DNA of 64,000 bases from Psammoneis japonica (Eukaryota): positions 62,001-126,000 of the forward strand of contig QPGO01000104.1 of assembly GCA_008632985.1 (NCBI GenBank), in the 5' to 3' direction. Under the pieces are notes generated by a model, which saw only the letters and a program-made list of their open reading frames with translations, had not been told where the DNA came from and did not search any database. The position numbers and the translations under genes are program-made. This document shows, piece by piece, positions 61,130-64,000 of the stretch. The stretch's first letter is position 1. Each line of letters opens with the position of its first letter.

Positions 61130-64000
61130 CTTTCTCATTCTCTTTCGACACTCGACTGCCCGGACGGGCTTTGCACCGCCAGTTCCTCCTTCTCTCTCAC
61201 TTTTTTGCATGTGGCACATGGCTTAACACCAACCCCTGCAAACTAACCTGAACTTGCGTTGTCTTGGTGGTTCTAGACATGTTGTGATCTGTCAAATCTG
61301 GTTACTTCTCTGTTGGTCTCTTTTAGTTTTGCTTCATCTAGATTGCCCTTCCAAATGAGTTGTCCACAACATCAGTCAACATGACATTTTTTCTTACATT
61401 GACTTCACTTGTGGGTTCATTTTGTGCAAGCTGTGATCCACAATTTGCCTCTGGTCCTCAAGATGCTTCCCCAGCAAAAATGATCTGTAGATCCAGATGA
61501 CAAATGTTGGAAAACTGGGTGGGCCAATGAGGAACAAGTCACTGGATGAACAAACACCCACCCATTGCCAATTTGAGGCAGCAGATGAAGTTTCATTTCA
61601 ATGTTTCAACCGCCCAACTGCAGACACTCTGGGGGGTCCATGTCACCTGCAGCAGGAAAGATCCCTGCTTGGTTTGTGCAGGGTGCACAACGACACCATG
61701 CTGCTGTCTTTGTTCTGATTGCAGCCACAGATTGTGGCTCTTTCCACACACACACACAAAAACATCAACTCTCTGTTTTGTGTCTGTCACAACAGCTCTG
61801 CTTGGGCTTCTCTGCTGCCTCTCAACTTTCTTGCAGCTGCCAAAGAAAGTTGCAAAGGGTCAGTGCAGCTGGCGGGCAAGTTGTGCCAGCATGGCCCATT
61901 GAGAACATTTGCAGCCCCTGTTGGAAAACAAATTTTTGCACTGACACACTGCACCAGCAGAAGATTGTCAAAAAGCAGCTTTCTTGTCCATTTTTCATGC
62001 GCATTTTTTTCTTGGTCAGGTTGAGGGGGGAGCTTTTGTTGCTGCTTGCTGCACCCTTTGCTTGTTGTCTTTGCCTCTTCTCAAGCTTCTGAGTGCAATG
62101 ACCAATCAACAGAGCAAAACAAGATGCTGGTGGAACAAAAGAGCACCAAAGGGCCACAACATAAAGTGCAAAACTGTTGTCAAGCAGGCAGCCAGCCACA
62201 CAGCCAGTGCTGCATCATCAGCACATGTGCAGCATGCTCCAGTGCTGGGTGGAACCTTGTGCTGCTGAGCTGCAATGCTGGCAGCATTTTGTCTTGTGCA
62301 GGGCCATGTTTTCTGCTGCAATCAGGGGGGGGGGGACATTTGTTGTGGCACGCTCTGCAGAGAAACAACGCCCTTTTTTTGATGTTTTTTTCATGCAGAG
62401 GTGTGGGAGAGCTGGTGATCATGACCTTTCTGCAACCTTCTTTCAATGCCCAAAAAAATGCTTTGTGTGGCAAAAAAGTTGAGAAGTGAGGAGGGCTTGC
62501 CTTCGTGGAAAGAGGGGTGCGGGCCATTTGATCAACGTGCTCCCCAGCAAAATGCGTGCCCAGAGCTGGGGCAAAAAACAAGCAACCTCATCAGAGCGCG
62601 AAATGTGGTGATCCTGGCCACCCTTCTTGTGGGCAATTTTTAATGCCATTGCATGTAAAAATGCACACCCATCCTTTTGAGAGAGTTGTGTAGAACGTGA
62701 TTTTTTATTGCACATCACAGTGTGCCATTTTTCACCATGGGACCCCTCCTTCACCCATGGGACCCCTCCCTTGACTGTCAGAATTCCGTCACTTTTCACC
62801 TTTTGAAAGCGATGTTCACAACGTTTTAGTCAACAACAAATCAATGCCAATCATTGCGTTGCATTGATTTAAGAACCTCACATTGCACACACTGGCTCCA
62901 TTGCGTGCACTGGCTGGAAAACAAAAGGTTGTGTCACAAACCAATGATTCCTAAAACACTTCATCAAACCTCACAACTGTTGGCATTGAAACCCACTGCA
63001 TTGCTCATCCTCTTTCCATTGTCACACTGACAAAAGCCTCCGCTGCCTTTTCACACCGCAGCTTGCTCATCCTCTGCATCTGCACTCGTGTCGCTGCCCG
63101 CATCACTTTCCTCCTCCTCTTCCTCGCTGTCCTCGTCTCCTCTGTTCTTGTCCATTGCCTCTTCCTCCTTCTCCTCATCGTCACTTGAAAGCTCTGTCGT
63201 TGCCTGTGTTCTTGCCTCCTCCACCGGCTTTTTCTTTCTTTTCAATCCCTTGCCTCTTTCGTCAATCTTCCTTTTCTTGCCTTTGCTGTGCCATGTGTTG
63301 AACTGCATGCCCTCCTCACTGAACCTGTCTTTCTTTACTTCTGCCATCAGCTCGTTGAATCGCTTGATCCCTGCATCCTTCCAGGAGTCTCGTTGCCTCG
63401 ACGGGTCCGTGTGCTTGGGTGTTGGTTCCAACTCTTCCTCATCTTCATTGTCCGAACCTCCCCCTGCTGCAACAGTCTTGTCATGACGTGCCTTGTGCTC
63501 CCAACTCTTCCAGCAGTTCTCCAATGTCAACAGCACTGGAGCCTCGTCGCTCGCTGCAGCCAGACCGGTTGCCTTCGTCTCACCCGACTCCATCTTCCTT
63601 CTCCATGTGGTGGTGCTCTTTGTGAATTTCAGGATGTTTTCGCAGAACCAAGCACATGCTTCCTTGTTCTTGCGCTTGTCCTCCACAATCGTTGTCACTG
63701 TCTCCTCCCCCCAAGTTGCCAGGAATGGCTCTTCCTCTTCCGTGCGATCGTTCTTCTTCCTCTTCTTGCTCTTCTTCCCACATCCACCCTTTGCTGCCGG
63801 CTCCTTCTGACTGCGCATCTCCTCTGCTTCATTCTCTGTCAACACGACTTCAGCAAATGAAGGTGCAGCTGTGTTGAGCACAACTAAACTCAACATGCCG
63901 TGCACCACAAAACACTTGCCAGCCGTTGCATTGTTCTTGATCGCCTGAGTGACCGTGCTCCTTTTCGCGTTAATTGCATGCATGATGCACTTCTTTGCCC
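61130..64000. other. TpA-depleted island H (TE-derived, continues beyond window)
   Basis: Very few TA. CpG is depleted in ~61300-62500 but retained in 63050-64000. Confidence 0.85.
63051..63983 (-). pseudogene. Mutated transposon-associated-type ORF (SDEA..LL.LEN.W...PK.T...W...GI.RFNEL...V..DR family), Tyr-free
   Basis: 310 aa with no Tyr. I recall this motif from repetitive diatom/oomycete hypothetical proteins but have not verified it. Positions expected to be Tyr or Leu read TGC, CAC, TGT or CCA. Confidence 0.6.

Overview
Eukaryotic nuclear DNA, most likely a pennate diatom. This is inferred from bipartite plastid-targeting presequences, short GT-AG introns, a diatom-type LRR-cap protein and diatom-like myosin and H+-ATPase genes. 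About 21 protein-coding genes are supportable. They include two bulb-lectin paralogs, a DUF1749 hydrolase, a UMP-CMP kinase, a P3A H+-ATPase, a myosin, UXS, SOUL, LRR, LYR, ISCA2 and plastid HPF/PSRP1. Many carry single-base deletions in short homopolymers, which look like assembly errors. The main signal is eight islands between the genes, about 1-3.4 kb each and roughly 18 kb in total, from which TpA has almost vanished while TpG/CpA are in excess. Internal controls show the direction of change is TA->TG/CA. These are a diverged duplication, the two TIRs of a TTAA-flanked element, a direct-repeat pair, and a transposon-type ORF whose Tyr codons read Cys/His. This is the opposite of fungal RIP and is partly uncoupled from CpG decay. 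It suggests a repeat-directed A:T->G:C hypermutation (genome defence) process for which I cannot recall a published description. Two non-autonomous TIR elements and several small repeats are also present. All dinucleotide counts are by eye and need computing.
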